Numbered from the stretch's first letter, positions 33,310 through 46,207 are shown. The stretch: DNA of 64,000 nt from the human T2T-CHM13v2.0 reference genome, Homo sapiens (GCF_009914755.1 NC_060927.1), one strand, 5' to 3'. Notes: generated by a model from the sequence alone, not told the origin. Numbers and translations are program-made.

Positions 33310-33870
33310 CTACATAGTTCAGACACCCTTTCATCTCTTTTGTGTACTATTGCAATAATTTCATAACTAGCTTCCCTGCCTTTAGTTTTGCCTCTCCTTC
33401 CTTATTTCACTCCCCATGCTGCTACAGACAGACTTTTCTAAAAAGCAAATACGATCACACAATTTCCTTGCTTAAAGCTCCCCACTGACTCTGCTTGAAG
33501 GGTCAGGTCCAAACTTAATTGTCTGACACACAAGTCCCCTCATTATCTCACCCTGGTTACATACAAGCTCATTTATTTCCCCTCACCTACTTACCTCTCC
33601 ATGCTCTAGCTAAATTGAGCTGCTTACCTTTAAGAACACATTTTGTTCTCTAGTGAGCTCATGTCTTTAAATATGTTAGTCTTCTGCTTAGAATATCCTT
33701 CCCTAGGAAGTCCTTTTGTATTATGAATGAGGGTATCATAAGGTCTAGGTAGGATGCTACCTCAGAGATACTGTAACTTCAAGTTGGAAGAGACCATGTC
33801 TCATAGTTCTTTTCATTCTTCAATAATGCAGTAAAAGGTACAGTTGGCACTCAAAGGATTGATGAGTGAA
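33310..33870 (+). mobile_element. L2 3' region
   Basis: TATTGCAATAA..TCATAACTAG.TTCCCTGCC...TTTCTAAAAAGCAAAT..GATCA...GCTTAAAGC. Confidence 0.65.
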
Positions 33871-34136
33871 AACTCATTTACTGAATTACATTTTCTCAGG
33901 AAGGTACTTAATTCTGTATGTAAATACAGAAATACAAACTTCCAGGACTTAAATGTGATTGACATGAGAGAATGTAGTGTAAATAAACTTTACCAGCATA
34001 CATACACACAAAACACAATCTTAGCTTTCTTAAGAGCTATATACATAGGTACATCGTAAATGTGATTTTAGGCTTAATAACTGCTTCTATAAATTTCAAG
34101 TTCTTAAATAATTACCAAAAATGTACTTTAGAACCT

Positions 34137-34139
<3 letters not shown>

Positions 34140-34177
<38 letters not shown>

Positions 34178-34179
34178 AC
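34140..34179. repeat. (CA)n microsatellite
   Basis: Directly visible in the sequence. Confidence 0.95.
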
Positions 34180-34802
34180 AACCCTAGATACACAGTTGAA
34201 AGTACTAAAACTCTGGGAAATGAGCAAATGTGCAACCTGTCATGTAATAAAGTACCATTGGCTCTTAAATGAGCAAAGTATCTTTGAAAATATGGCACAA
34301 TTGCTTTATGAAAACATTTGGGGCTAATATATGCTCATTCTAAAAATTATCTCAAAAAAGTGGGGTCCATGTCCTGTAAGTATAGCTTTAATGTATTTTA
34401 TGTAAGACATTCATTTAAAAAATTGTTTTTCAAGGATATCTGAGAAAATTCTTGTGCCTGTATGCTCAATTTTTAGCTAAAGTTAGAGATAGTCTATAAT
34501 CGTGCCCTGGAAATTTATTATTGAGTCAATTTGGCTTCACACATTAACTGAACTACTTTTAGAGTACCAAAATGAGTCAGGCATACTGTTAGGTATACAG
34601 CATACAGCAGTAAACAAAACAAATTAAATTAAGTCCCTGATCTCATGGCACTTATCTTCTGGTGGGTAAAAAAAAGCTGGCAAGCAAACAAATAAATATA
34701 ATCAGATTATAATAAGTATGTTCAAGCAAATTCAAGAATTTAAGAAGGCAGAGAGTGAACAGGGAGGAGAATGCTATTTTAGATAACAGAGTCAGCGGAG
34801 AT

Positions 34803-34935
34803 TTTTAAAAATTATTTATTTAGAGATGGGGTCTTGCTATGTTCCCAAGGCTAGCCCTGAACTCATAGGCTCAGACCATCCTCCCACCTCAGTTTCCTAA
34901 GTAGCTGACTACAGGAGTATGCCACCGTGCCTGGC
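34803..34935 (-). mobile_element. FLAM (free left Alu monomer) inserted in a reverse L2 fragment (~34540-35060)
   Basis: AGAGATGGGGTCTTGCTATGTT.CCAAGGCT...GCCACCGTGCCTGGC, monomer length. Confidence 0.8.
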
Positions 34936-35956
34936 AATATTTCTTTGAAGGTAACACTTGAGCAGAGACCTATACGAATGAGGGAGGGAGCCTATAGCTA
35001 TCAGGAGGAAGAGAGGTCTGGGGAGAAGGAATGGATATGTACAAGTTCCTGAGTGAGAGATTATTTTATATCTTATAAACAAGATATCAAACGATCCAGA
35101 AATAATGACGACACAAGATAGGCTGTGCTATTGCATTATGGGACGTGCAAATTAGTCAGAGAAGAAGGGAAAATGAAAATAATTTCTGGCTCAGGGGATC
35201 TTTAAGATAACATTTTTGGTAGTTTTCCAATAGGTAGAGATGGTGATTTGGATAGTCCAAAATAAAGATGTGTGGGATTGAGAGCCTGTTGAGCTTTGGT
35301 TCCTAGGATAAGAAGTTTGTATTTCACATGACAGAAAATACAGATTTATTAAAGGGTTTCAGAAACGGGGTTTGACTTTTTCAGGGCTAGATAAAAACAG
35401 GATGGATTTAGCCAAGCTGCACAGACCATATGTGCTAGAGGGATGGTGTGTGAATAGACTAGAGCTGGAGACCATGTGGATTCTGGTTAACTGGATATTA
35501 TGTTAGTGACCCTAGAAGTCAGATTCCGTCTTGTTAGTATTAATAATATCTATATATTTTGTCCAGGTTATAATAAGACATTACCAGGAAGCTGTGCAGG
35601 GGGTCCACTTGGCAATGCTACAACTCAAAGACTATTTGGCTCTGTTTTTTCTTTTAGAACAGAAATATGAGCCGTCATTGCCCTATAAACTCTTTCTCAG
35701 TATATTATTTATATTTAACCAATTTTAAGTAAAGTACATCTAATTTATAAGGAAACTTGCAAAATAATTTCATCTAAGCATCACATTTTATTAATATTTG
35801 TTCTTCCTAAATGCCTTGGGAAAGAAAAACTATGTGCTAATCTCCTGCTGTGGGTCTTTGGGATTTTCCAAAGAATGAGTAATATTCCTGCTTTTTCTTT
35901 AAGATAACATGCTATTTAAGTTTCCTTATAGAAATAATTACTAAAGAAAAACATCT

Positions 35957-36315
<359 letters not shown>

Positions 36316-36915
36316 CTACACCCTATTGAGGTGTCTGAGGTACAATTTGCTATTTACACTCAAGCCTAGCTTTCTTTTCCAATATTTTCATTTTCATTCC
36401 TGGGAAAAACAAATTTTAACATAACAATGATTAGGTAATAGATTCATGCTTATAAAGTTGATTTCTCTACTTCTCTAGTGATTTTTCCTTATTCTCACTC
36501 ATAGATTTGTTTTCATACTAAGATTCTTTCGAGAAAACATTTTCAGAAAATGCTAATACTCTGCCTATTTGCTACATTGAAGTCTCCTTCCAAATTTACA
36601 AAGGAGCAGACATGTGTAGGCAAGCTTTGTAGGGTTTTTATTTGTGTTTGACTTTCCAGAGTTCCAGTACTCATTTCAAACAATTCTTGACATGGTAAAA
36701 GGCAGTACACACAAGCACAGTTAATGTCACAACCTAGAAGGCCACATGATTTTCAATGTAAGTTGGATCAAATCTTCTATATTTTACTGATGTCTTTATC
36801 ACTTATTCATGTGTTTAATGTCTTTTTTATGTCATCATTCACATTTAATATGTTTAGTCTAATATTAAAGTTAATTAATAGAAGACAAATATACCATAAG
36901 AAAAACAAAAGGCAA

Positions 36916-37232
<317 letters not shown>

Positions 37233-37439
37233 AAAGAAAAAAAAAGGCAGGAAGGACCTAGGAATCACTCTAAAATCACTAATGACTTTCTGGTTACAGA
37301 TACCATATATTGCCAACAAATGTCTTTATCAGTTTTTAACACTAATCTAATATCCATACAAACACACGCATGTGTGTTGGTGTTTGAATCAGAAAACATA
37401 TCATGAAGATACTAAAAATAGAAACATTGAAGAATTACA

Positions 37440-37645
37440 TAATTTGTGTGCCAAGTGCTTTACATGCATTATTTTGGATAATCCTTACAACAATTCTACA
37501 AGGTAGGGAGCATAATTATCTCCATCTTGCAGTGGTGAAATTCGAAGTTTAAGGAGATTAAGTGACATGCACCGGGCAATAACAATTTGTCAATCCAGGA
37601 TTCAAACTCAGGCAATCTGATTCGAGAGTCCCAGCCCTTAACTAC
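37440..37645 (-). mobile_element. MIR (MIRb-like)
   Basis: AAGTGCTTTACATGCATTATT...AATCCTTACAACA...ATTAAGTGAC.TGC...CCAGGATTCAAACTCAGGCA.TCTGA. Confidence 0.8.
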
Positions 37646-39777
37646 ATACCAACAAAAGAAAAAGTAAAAAACAAAACTTCTTGCTATGTAATTGCTTTTG
37701 AGATCAAATGGTAGGGGATGGGTTTATTTCCTTAAGAGGGTTTGATTGGTATAGTGGGAAAAAAATGAGCAAGGAGGTTTGGCTCATTCGTCTGTATTTA
37801 CAGATTGTGATAAATGCTGTTTGTGTAACAATTCATTTTGTTAAAATGCTTAGGCTTTTTGTAAAACTAACTCACAGGAATGAGGTAATAATGGCCAACT
37901 GATAAAGTGTAGCCATGAAAATAATGAAAAGAACCCACAATAGAACCTATTTAAAATTAATCTCGTACTATAAATACCAAATATTGGAAGTGAAAAATGC
38001 TTAGTTATTACCATTAGGATTCTGATATTAACCTCAGCAAATATAGTTAGGAAGTGGTGCCCACAGCCTTGGGATACAAGAGAGTATATAAAACATTATG
38101 TTATGTAAATTATAATGGAGAACTTTATAGAATCATCCTTATTTCTTTTTTATTCTTCGCTTGTCAAAATCATATCCTATATCAAGTTAGCTTAACGATG
38201 TAATCTCATGAAAATTAACAGGACCCATTTAGGTACTTTCACAAATATTGAAATAGATACTTATTTCTCAACTTTCTTAGGAAATTCCAGACAAATTTCA
38301 AAGGGTTTAGGTTGTCAAATTAGACAAACTTGTGCAAGTTGGGCATGGTACACCTGTTACCAAGAATCAGATGCATGTTTTAGTAGAAAGAAACTTCACT
38401 TTCTTGGGAGCATTACCGAAATCTGCTGGATTTGTCAACATATAGCCTAAAATTTACTTTTAAAAAAAGAAAAACATGACAAGATAGACTGGATTCTAAA
38501 ACGACATCAAGACAATGTGGTACTGAATTTCCTCTAAGCCAAAGGAACATGTCATATTTAAGACTGTTTTTTTAAAAATCAGAGCGGAAATGGTAGAACC
38601 TTGGTTTCTTACTTACTGTTATTAATTAATGAGTGAGTGATAGGGGCCATTGCAGTGTAAATGTTAAAGTTCCTTTCTTTTACTTGAATTGTGGAGATTA
38701 AAGCATACATGAGATTGAGAAATATGAAGCAAGCTCTTAAATGGTGAGAAAAAACATATCTCTAGTTCACGTGTCACTTCTAGCGATTTTTCTACTGCTA
38801 GGTTTTCCTTTTGGGGTTACGATTATTACAGGTGGCAATCAGTTAACTTAGTGGTTCTGTAGGCACCGCCCTATCTTCCAACTCACTTACATTTAAAAAT
38901 TCACACAGAGAGGCTAGTGGGAAGCGGGTAGGTGTAAACAATGTGCTACAGTGAGTCACACCCGTCACAAAAGCCAACAATGATTAGCTGTGATTTTTTT
39001 AAAATCACCTATCCAGCAGCAGAAGCTGTGGGCACAGCCAGGAGGAAGAGGCCAAAGGCAGTGGCGTTGCGTTCACACTACTTGCACGGAACAGTCTACA
39101 GCCAACGAACGCTTCAATTCAGAGATTACTCTGCCTCTAGCTAGAGGAAGCAGAGGAAAGAGAGGGGAGTTTGGTGGCTAGAGATTTACCAAAAAGAGGG
39201 GGGCGGGGGAAAGAAGAGGCACAGTGGAAGGCTGTTGCCTCCAACTCCGCGCTCTCCGTCACCAAGACGAAAACGCCTGGAACCGGAGCACGATGACGCC
39301 GAGAAGACAGAAACTCAGAGCGTCCGACGCCTCGCGTCTGGGCGGTCGTGCCCGTTCACTCACACGCCGCTCTGAGTGGTTTGGCGAACCTCACACGTGA
39401 CTCCCTGGGCCCTTCACCCCTCCTGCCGCCGCGGGCGCTGCGGAAGCTGCGGGCGGAGGACGCTCGGCTGCCGCGGGAGGAGTAAGGGAGGAGGGCGGAA
39501 CTTGTAAAGGGAGGGGCCATCACCAGCACCAAGTCTGCCACCGCCGGACCCGCGCCCCCGAAGCCCACCCCCACCAAGATCGCGCCTCCGACCGGCGGGA
39601 GGGGCGCGCAGGGGAGGGGACGCTGTGCAATAAACCGGGCGGGGAGAGGGAGGCAGGGGAGGGAGTCCTGGCTCTGAGGGGGGCAGGATTGGGTCTGGAG
39701 GATGGTCTGGCTTGATTCAGACTCCTGCACCCGACAACGCCACGGAGTGAGGGGAGAGGGAGAGAGAGAAGGTGGCA

Positions 39778-39813
39778 GTGTGTGTGCGCGCGTGTACGTG
39801 TGTGTGTGCGTGT
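39778..39813. repeat. 36-bp perfect purine-pyrimidine alternation (Z-DNA-prone)
   Basis: GTGTGTGTGCGCGCGTGTACGTGTGTGTGTGCGTGT. Confidence 0.9.
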
Positions 39814-39827
39814 CTACAGGTAGCAGT

Positions 39828-39850
39828 GGCGGCGGCGGCGGCGGCGGCGG
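39828..39850 (+). repeat. (GGC)7GG trinucleotide repeat
   Basis: Directly visible and uninterrupted. Confidence 0.97.
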
Positions 39851-41199
39851 GGACCGGAGCAGGGGACGCATCTGCAGCCACCTCCCCGCCTATGATTTTC
39901 GGAGGCGATTGCTCACTTAGCTGAGGATCTGTAGCCCCGGGAGATCTTCTCATCCTCTCCATTTCCAAGCTTCATAGGTGTCTTCCAGTTTCAAGTGTGT
40001 GTTTTGGGTATTTTATTTTTAATTTTTTTCCTTCTCCCTCTAAATCTTCTCGGAAATTCTGCATATTGAAGCAGGTGGCTCCTGGTACGAAATCTCTGGA
40101 TACATTTGGCTTGCCAAGTTTTGCTCTTCGCTGTCCCCTCCCGCTTACAGAAGCATCTGTGGTGCTTTTCATTTTGGATTTACATGCAGGAAACGTATAT
40201 ATGTTTATATACCGACCGCATAATATATAAATACATATACGCGTGCCCAAGGGCCTGGTTTTCGTCTCTCCTCCCCACGAAGCGGAATGTTTTGGAGCCG
40301 ATGGATAACAAGAACACTATTAACATTCTTTTGAGCCTGTTTTTTAAAAGGGGGAGGGAGCGTGAAGAATTGTTTAACATTTGGCCATCGTTTGGCTGCA
40401 CACTAAGCACCACGAAGTATTTATGGTTGCAGATCAGGTGCAAACGGGGCTTAGAGAGAAAGGTAAGGGAGCTTCCTGCGTCCGCCGAGGTCCGGCGTTT
40501 ACCTTAATCCCGGGGATTGCCGAGAACTTCCTATTCCCTGCCTCTCCTTCGCCTTCCCCACCTTCCACCCACCCTTCTCTGCTCTCTCTCTTCTGTAAAC
40601 TCAACCCTTTTCCAATCCCATTGGGGTGGGGGTGGGGGGTGCTGGAGGTATAATCGTCTATTAGAGTTTAAATGCGTCTCTCTTTCCCAGGCTAGTAACT
40701 GAGTTTTCCAATAGCCTTTCTGGCGGTTTTAGGAAATCGTGTCCTTTATAAAAAATAATGCTACCTAAATAAGTGTTTTAAACATCTGAAGATGCCAGTC
40801 CCTCACCCTATCCTCTGATGAAAATAAAAGCAATAAAAAATAATGAACTTTAATAAACTGGGTGGTTTTTTTTAAGCGTTGGGGTTCATGGAAGCTCCCA
40901 AACGCTTTTTTTCATTTAAAAAGAAAGATAACCAGCAAACAAACCAATCTCAGGAGGAGTCCACAGTGGAGGAGATTCGCCTTCCGTTTCTGCATAAAAC
41001 CAATACATTTTACTTGGAGGGTAATTTGCCAGAGTTGAGCGAGACGAAGCCGTGTCTAAATAAGTACATGACACTAAATTTCCTTTTAAATCCACCTTTT
41101 ACACCATGGCCAGTCGCTTGTTTAACTCCCGTTCAAGGGACACGGTTTTCAAACGTGACCTTTTGGGGAGATGTGGGAACTTCCCCTCATTTCTTCTTC

Positions 41200-42050
41200 T
41201 GTGCCGCTAACCTCTTTCCTCCTCCGCGCGGCATCTCCAGCCCCGGCAGTTTGTAAATTGCCCGTTTTGCCCACCCTCCTGGTGGGCGTTCTCTCCCCCA
41301 CTCCACTCCTGCCCCCTCTGTCCTTTCTTCATTGGCGTCTTTGGAGCAGATGCATCTTCTTTCTTCTTGGCCTCACTCTCCCGTTCCCCCGTCAGTCCCC
41401 CCACCCGCGGCTCCCCACTTGCCCCAGCTCTCCTCGCCGCTCCTCCCCGCCTCCCCGCGGAGGGTTGACCCTTCAATTCGGAGTCCCGGCCTGTGGGCGG
41501 GCGGGGGAGCGCCGCGGCTGTAAGCCGAGGATCAGGCGGCGGCGCGGAGAGCGCGCCCGGGCGGCCAGCGCCGAGCGCGCGGAGCTGGCGTGGGGAGACA
41601 CGGCAGGAAAGGCGAGTCGGAGTGGGTGATGAGAGGCCGGGAGAGCCCGTCCGAGCCGGAGAGACCGGAGAGAAGGGAGCGAGCGACTGTGCGGCGCTCA
41701 CGCTGCCAGAGCCCGGGCGGAGTGCAGTCGCCTCCAAAGCCTTAGAGCGGCGCCCCAGTCACTGCAGCTCTTCACCCTAGAGCTGTGCCCTGGGACCACA
41801 GAGACCAAGAGCATGGAAATCGGCTGAGAGGTACAAAAGAAATAAGGAACAGATTACGAGAAAGCGGGGAGGGTTTCCTGGCGAAATACGGAGGCTGAGC
41901 AGATGGAGGAACAATGCCGCCTCCAGAAGAAAACCCTTGCCTGAACCCTCGGCGGAGCGCAGAGGAGCTGCTTTCAGCCTTCTGCTCTCCCCAGGCCCTC
42001 CGGCTAGTTCTGGGGTTGGTTCCGCCGGTTAGTTTGACAGGGATAAGAAA
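41200..42050. promoter_or_regulatory. CpG island 2 / probable alternative promoter
   Basis: Second CpG-dense block with GC boxes (GGGCGGGCGGGGG ~41495) and multiple GCGCGC. Confidence 0.85.
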
Positions 42051-42330
42051 GTTGCTCTTCTTCCCCACAACGTTTCCTGAGAGGTGGTTTTCAGATCTGT
42101 GTGTTTCCAGTCAAGATGTCACTCCCTAGATCCCCCGCGTTGAGCAACTAATATATTATGCATTATTGGGCAATAAACTCTCCTGGGAAGAGAAGGTATT
42201 CCAAACATTTAAACCGTTCTCCACCGACTCCTGCCCGCCTCAACACAATGCCTTGTGAGTAGAAATGAAAAACCACCTGAATTTAAAATTATTTAGGTTG
42301 AGATTTTGCATTGGGAATAATTTCTTCCAG

Positions 42331-42430
42331 AGGAGGTTGTTAGTGTGTTATAGAGATGAGGGATATTACATGTCCAATATTTGATTCATTTGTGATAATT
42401 CTAAATCATGAACAGTTGGCCTCCACAAAG
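42331..42430 (+). other. Candidate 100-nt non-coding 5' exon
   Basis: Acceptor TTTCTTCCAG| at 42330 and donor CAAAG|GTACTA at 42431. Another donor CTT|GTGAGT lies at 42255. Confidence 0.45.
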
Positions 42431-44619
42431 GTACTATTTCTTTTTGCATTTCCAGGGCCATAGTGATACATATAACACTTGGGAAACGTGAATTCGTATA
42501 GTTAACCCAGTATCTGTTACTCTGCATTTTTACAGGTAGTTAATATACTCATTTTCCCTCTTTTTATACTCAAACTCCGGTAGACTATTTTTGCTTAAGT
42601 CAATTGAGTTGTCATGCTGTACATGAAAATTACAGGGTCTTAATGCATTTCTCACCATTAATTGTGCTCAATTATTAATAGGATCATAGATATTAAAATG
42701 TCACTGAGAAAGGGTATGTGTACCTATGTTTGAGTGTAAAACCTATAAAATGTCTCAGCATTTCTATCAGCCATTGTAACCTAGCAGAACACAAGGTTTT
42801 TGAAATGAGCTCAGAAGCAAGGGCCATTCATATATTTAAAATATTAAATGTTAAATGCAAAAACATTAAATTTACTGTGCCTTTGGCAGAGAATGAATCT
42901 AAGTCTACTTGCACTGCAGAGTGATTGAGTGATTCACAGAGAAAGTGGAAGTTAATCATTACTCAGGCCTTCTGATTACATGGTTTGATTAAAAGAAGTA
43001 ACTGTTTTCTGTAAGCCTGCTATTCTGCAGTTAGTCTTCCCAATCCTCTTAACATAAGCAGAAATTGAGGGAGTCAATCTTTCAGCAGATTCTACTAGAG
43101 TTCCAGTAGTGTGGAGTAAGAAAAGCTTCTTTAGTTCCCGTCCTTCCCATTGTCTCCCTTCTTCCACCCCCAAAGTACTTGCTGTCAATCTTTTCTTTAT
43201 TCCCTCAGTATAGTTTTATTTTGTGAAATTTTCCACTTACATTTAGTAATAACATATTTTCAAATGTAAATGTTTGAATGGCTTTGAAGTTGAAGGTGAA
43301 ATATACACTTAAAGAAGGTAGGCTGAGAACTCCATTGGTTTCATTTGCAGGGTGTTGGAAGGCCTGATGACCCTATGCATTCCTGGATGACTTTCTTGGA
43401 TCACTCTCCAAAGTCTCTTCCAACTCTGAAATTCTTATATTTTATTCTGCTTTTACTATTTTCACATGGTTATCCAGTGCCAAGTTCTACATATCCCTTC
43501 AAATTACATTAAACTAGCTGTTTCGGGTTTTCTTTATAGGATAATTAAGTAGCTAGAACTATAAAATACAGTTATAAATCTGAGATCTGAGTTTTTTATA
43601 AAATTTTTCACATACATTTTAATGCTATTGACAACTTTTTGTGAGACAATATTAATACAGATATAGCTTTGAGTGACGTATCTCTCTGGGTTTTCATGTA
43701 TTGAAACAGTTTTTAACATAGTAATGGTTTATCTTGATAATTCTTTATTATTTTTACACAAAGGAGTTATTTCACAAATTACCTAACAAATACTAATTTG
43801 TAGTTTTTGTAAGCAAAACACAGTTAAAAGTAACAGTAGTATTAGAAACTGCAGCTGTGTAACATATACCTTTGCCACATTTTAAAGGCTTAGTTTTTGA
43901 AGTGAAGTTTGCAGTCGGTTTCCATCTTACTGGATTGTCAATAGGAAGATACGATTTTTCAGTTATGTTTTAATTATCTGTAAATGAAATCACCAAAGTC
44001 CAGTCTTCTAGACTTAATATTATTATTATTATTTCTGAAATATAGGTATGATCTTATTAACATTGGCCAGTGGCTCCTTATAGATTATTACATGCCAAAG
44101 TCCACAACCCTAATGCCACTCAATGCTTTTCACAATTCATTCTTAAACCTCCTTATGTAGATTAAAACACTGTCCTCCTGGCCCCCCTTCTGAATTCACT
44201 CTTTAGTCCATTCACAAGACTCTTAATTACTATTTTCCCCAACACTACATACCATTTTAGGATTTTGTGGTTTGCTTATGCTAATCTTTCTTCATTGATC
44301 CATTCCCTGCCCCTCTACCCCACCCCACCAAATATACACCAATGATAGGACAGAAAAACATTTTAGTTCCTTGGGTGGTCTTTCCTTCATCATGATGCTT
44401 CCTTCCTGTACCCTTACTCTGAGCTCCCACAACACAGTATTTATACTGGGAGTAGCCCACCTTTCACACTTCTAATGGTTGGCTTTCTCACTGCACAGTG
44501 AATTGCCAGAGATCAAAAGACATGCCTGATTTATCATGTCATTCGGAAATGATAGCTTACCTTTATGTCTGAACATAGAGTCTACCATAAATGAATAGTA
44601 AATGTATTATTTATAAATA

Positions 44620-45510
44620 TATTTGGCTATGAAGTAACAGAAAACTTGGCTAACCGTGGATTAAGCAAATAAAGCTTTATTTATCTCACATAATAAAAAG
44701 TCAGGAGAAGAGAGTTGCTTAAGCATTTTATCAGGCTTCTTCTATTATCTCGAAACCTTTCTTCTCATGGGCACAAGGTCACTGATGTGCCTCCAAACTC
44801 GTGTCTGTCTTTGGGGCCCAAAATGGGGGAGAAGAAGATAACAGTATTCTACCTCAGGGTTTCTCAGCTTTGACACTGTTGTCATTGTGGGCTGGATAAT
44901 TATTTGTCTTTGTTATGGGGGAGTGTACTGTACATTATAGGGATGTGTAGCATCATCCTTGGCCTCTATCCACCAGATGCTGGTAGTGCACCCCACCCCC
45001 ACCTCATCATGACTATCCAAGTATCTCCAGACATTGCCAAATGTCTCTAAGAGGTCAGATTGTCCCAGGCTCAGAAGTTTTGCTCTGAGATCAGAAGGAA
45101 GGAAATTCTCTGTTTCCTACTCTTCCCTACCCCTGTTTTTTTTTGTTTTGTTTTGTTTTTTGTTTTTTTCCCTGCATTATGGTGGTGGCGAGGATCTTTT
45201 TGATTTTTTGCTTAATAAGTGGTAGAGGACACATGATAAGATTTAAAAAACAAATAAGAAGAAGGAAGAGGAGGGAAAGAGGCCAAACAAGGCTTCTCTG
45301 AGCATTGTGTCTTTTTTTATGGTGTGAACATTCTCCCCATAGACTTCCATTCTCATATCACTGCCAGACTCTGTCAGCTGGCTACTTCTAGGTAACTGAG
45401 AGGTTGGAAGATAGATTTTTAGGGTGACATTTTACTACCCTCAACAAAATCAGAATCTACAAGAAAAGAAGGGGAAATGGATTTGGTTTTGAAAACTTAG
45501 TGTTTGCCGT
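44620..45510 (-). mobile_element. Old MLT1 (J/K-like) LTR interrupted by MER20
   Basis: AAGTAACAGAAAAC..GCTAAC.GTGG.TTAAGCAA left part and AACAAAATCAGAAT...AAGAAGGGGAAATGGAT right part. Confidence 0.6.
44855..45081 (+). mobile_element. MER20 (hAT-Charlie)
   Basis: CAGGGTTTCTCAGC...GGGCTGGATAATT...TAGCATCATCCTTGGCCTCTA.CCAC.AGATGC...TCTCCAGACATTGCCAAATGTC. Strand relative to consensus is uncertain. Confidence 0.88.
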
Positions 45511-46207
45511 GATGGCAGAGTGAATCAATACATAAAATTCGTCTAAATACTTCAGAAAGGAGAAAGAGTAAACACAAAATAAACATCCATCAAAGAGGGT
45601 CGATATAATTTTTCCACATGCTAAATGTTAATAAAGTAACCAGGATAATACTGTGATATTTTTCCTTTTGATGATATTTTACTTAGAAAATAAATGGGCA
45701 GAATGGAAACATATAGCGCTTCATAACATTTTTCTCTGCAGACGGCATCCCTTCTCTTCCAGTCTATTGAATAAAGCAATAGACTTTGCTATTGATACTT
45801 ACCAATTATTTAGTAATCATGTGAGAGATGTCAAAGGAAATAAAAATGCAGCTCTATTGTTTCAATATTTCTTTCTAATGCTTGTATTTAGAAAGATAAC
45901 ACATGCTAGTGAATGCAGTAGGTAAAATAATGGATTCTGGTACAGATGTGTTAGCATGGACTATAGTAACTTTAAGATGGGTTGCTTATCTACCTACCAT
46001 CTACCTACCAATAAGTACTCTTGGATTCTATCATAGGAAATAATTCTGACTTACAAAGATATATTAACATTGCTATGGATGACCAATGATCTTGTCTGAT
46101 TGATTGTAATCTTTTTTCTTCCTATTCTTGTTTATATTTTCTGTAAGTTCGTTGAATGCAAATTTTTGCTCAACTTTGTATAGAATATAGAAATATAAAA
46201 GATGGTG

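Larger units (their letters stand above)
39240..39910. promoter_or_regulatory. CpG island 1 / upstream promoter
   Basis: Abrupt CpG- and GC-rich block. GC boxes at 39200-39208, ~39492 and ~39636; E-box CACGTGAC 39394-39401; ETS-like CGGAAG ~39441; TATA-like CAATAAA 39627-39633. Confidence 0.9.
39660..40462 (+). other. NLGN1: Candidate non-coding first exon (5' UTR) of a large gene, tentatively NLGN1
   Basis: Follows the promoter motifs and ends at a strong donor AAG|GTAAGG (40463). The start is inferred. The gene name rests on recalled layout only: two CpG islands ~2 kb apart, a short downstream 5' exon, a gene-poor upstream region and no CDS nearby. Needs BLAT confirmation. Confidence 0.5.

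Noticed and set aside
39356-39871. 171-aa minus-strand Pro-rich ORF
   Set aside because: Antisense reading of the GGC and GT repeats and G-runs; no coding evidence.
40402-40420. Possible REST/RE1 site (TAAGCACCACGAAG)
   Set aside because: Only the left half-site matches; the GGACAG half is absent.
41171-41780. Overlapping 95-176-aa ORFs in CpG island 2
   Set aside because: Stop-poor GC-rich sequence yields ORFs on both strands with low-complexity R/P/G/A peptides.
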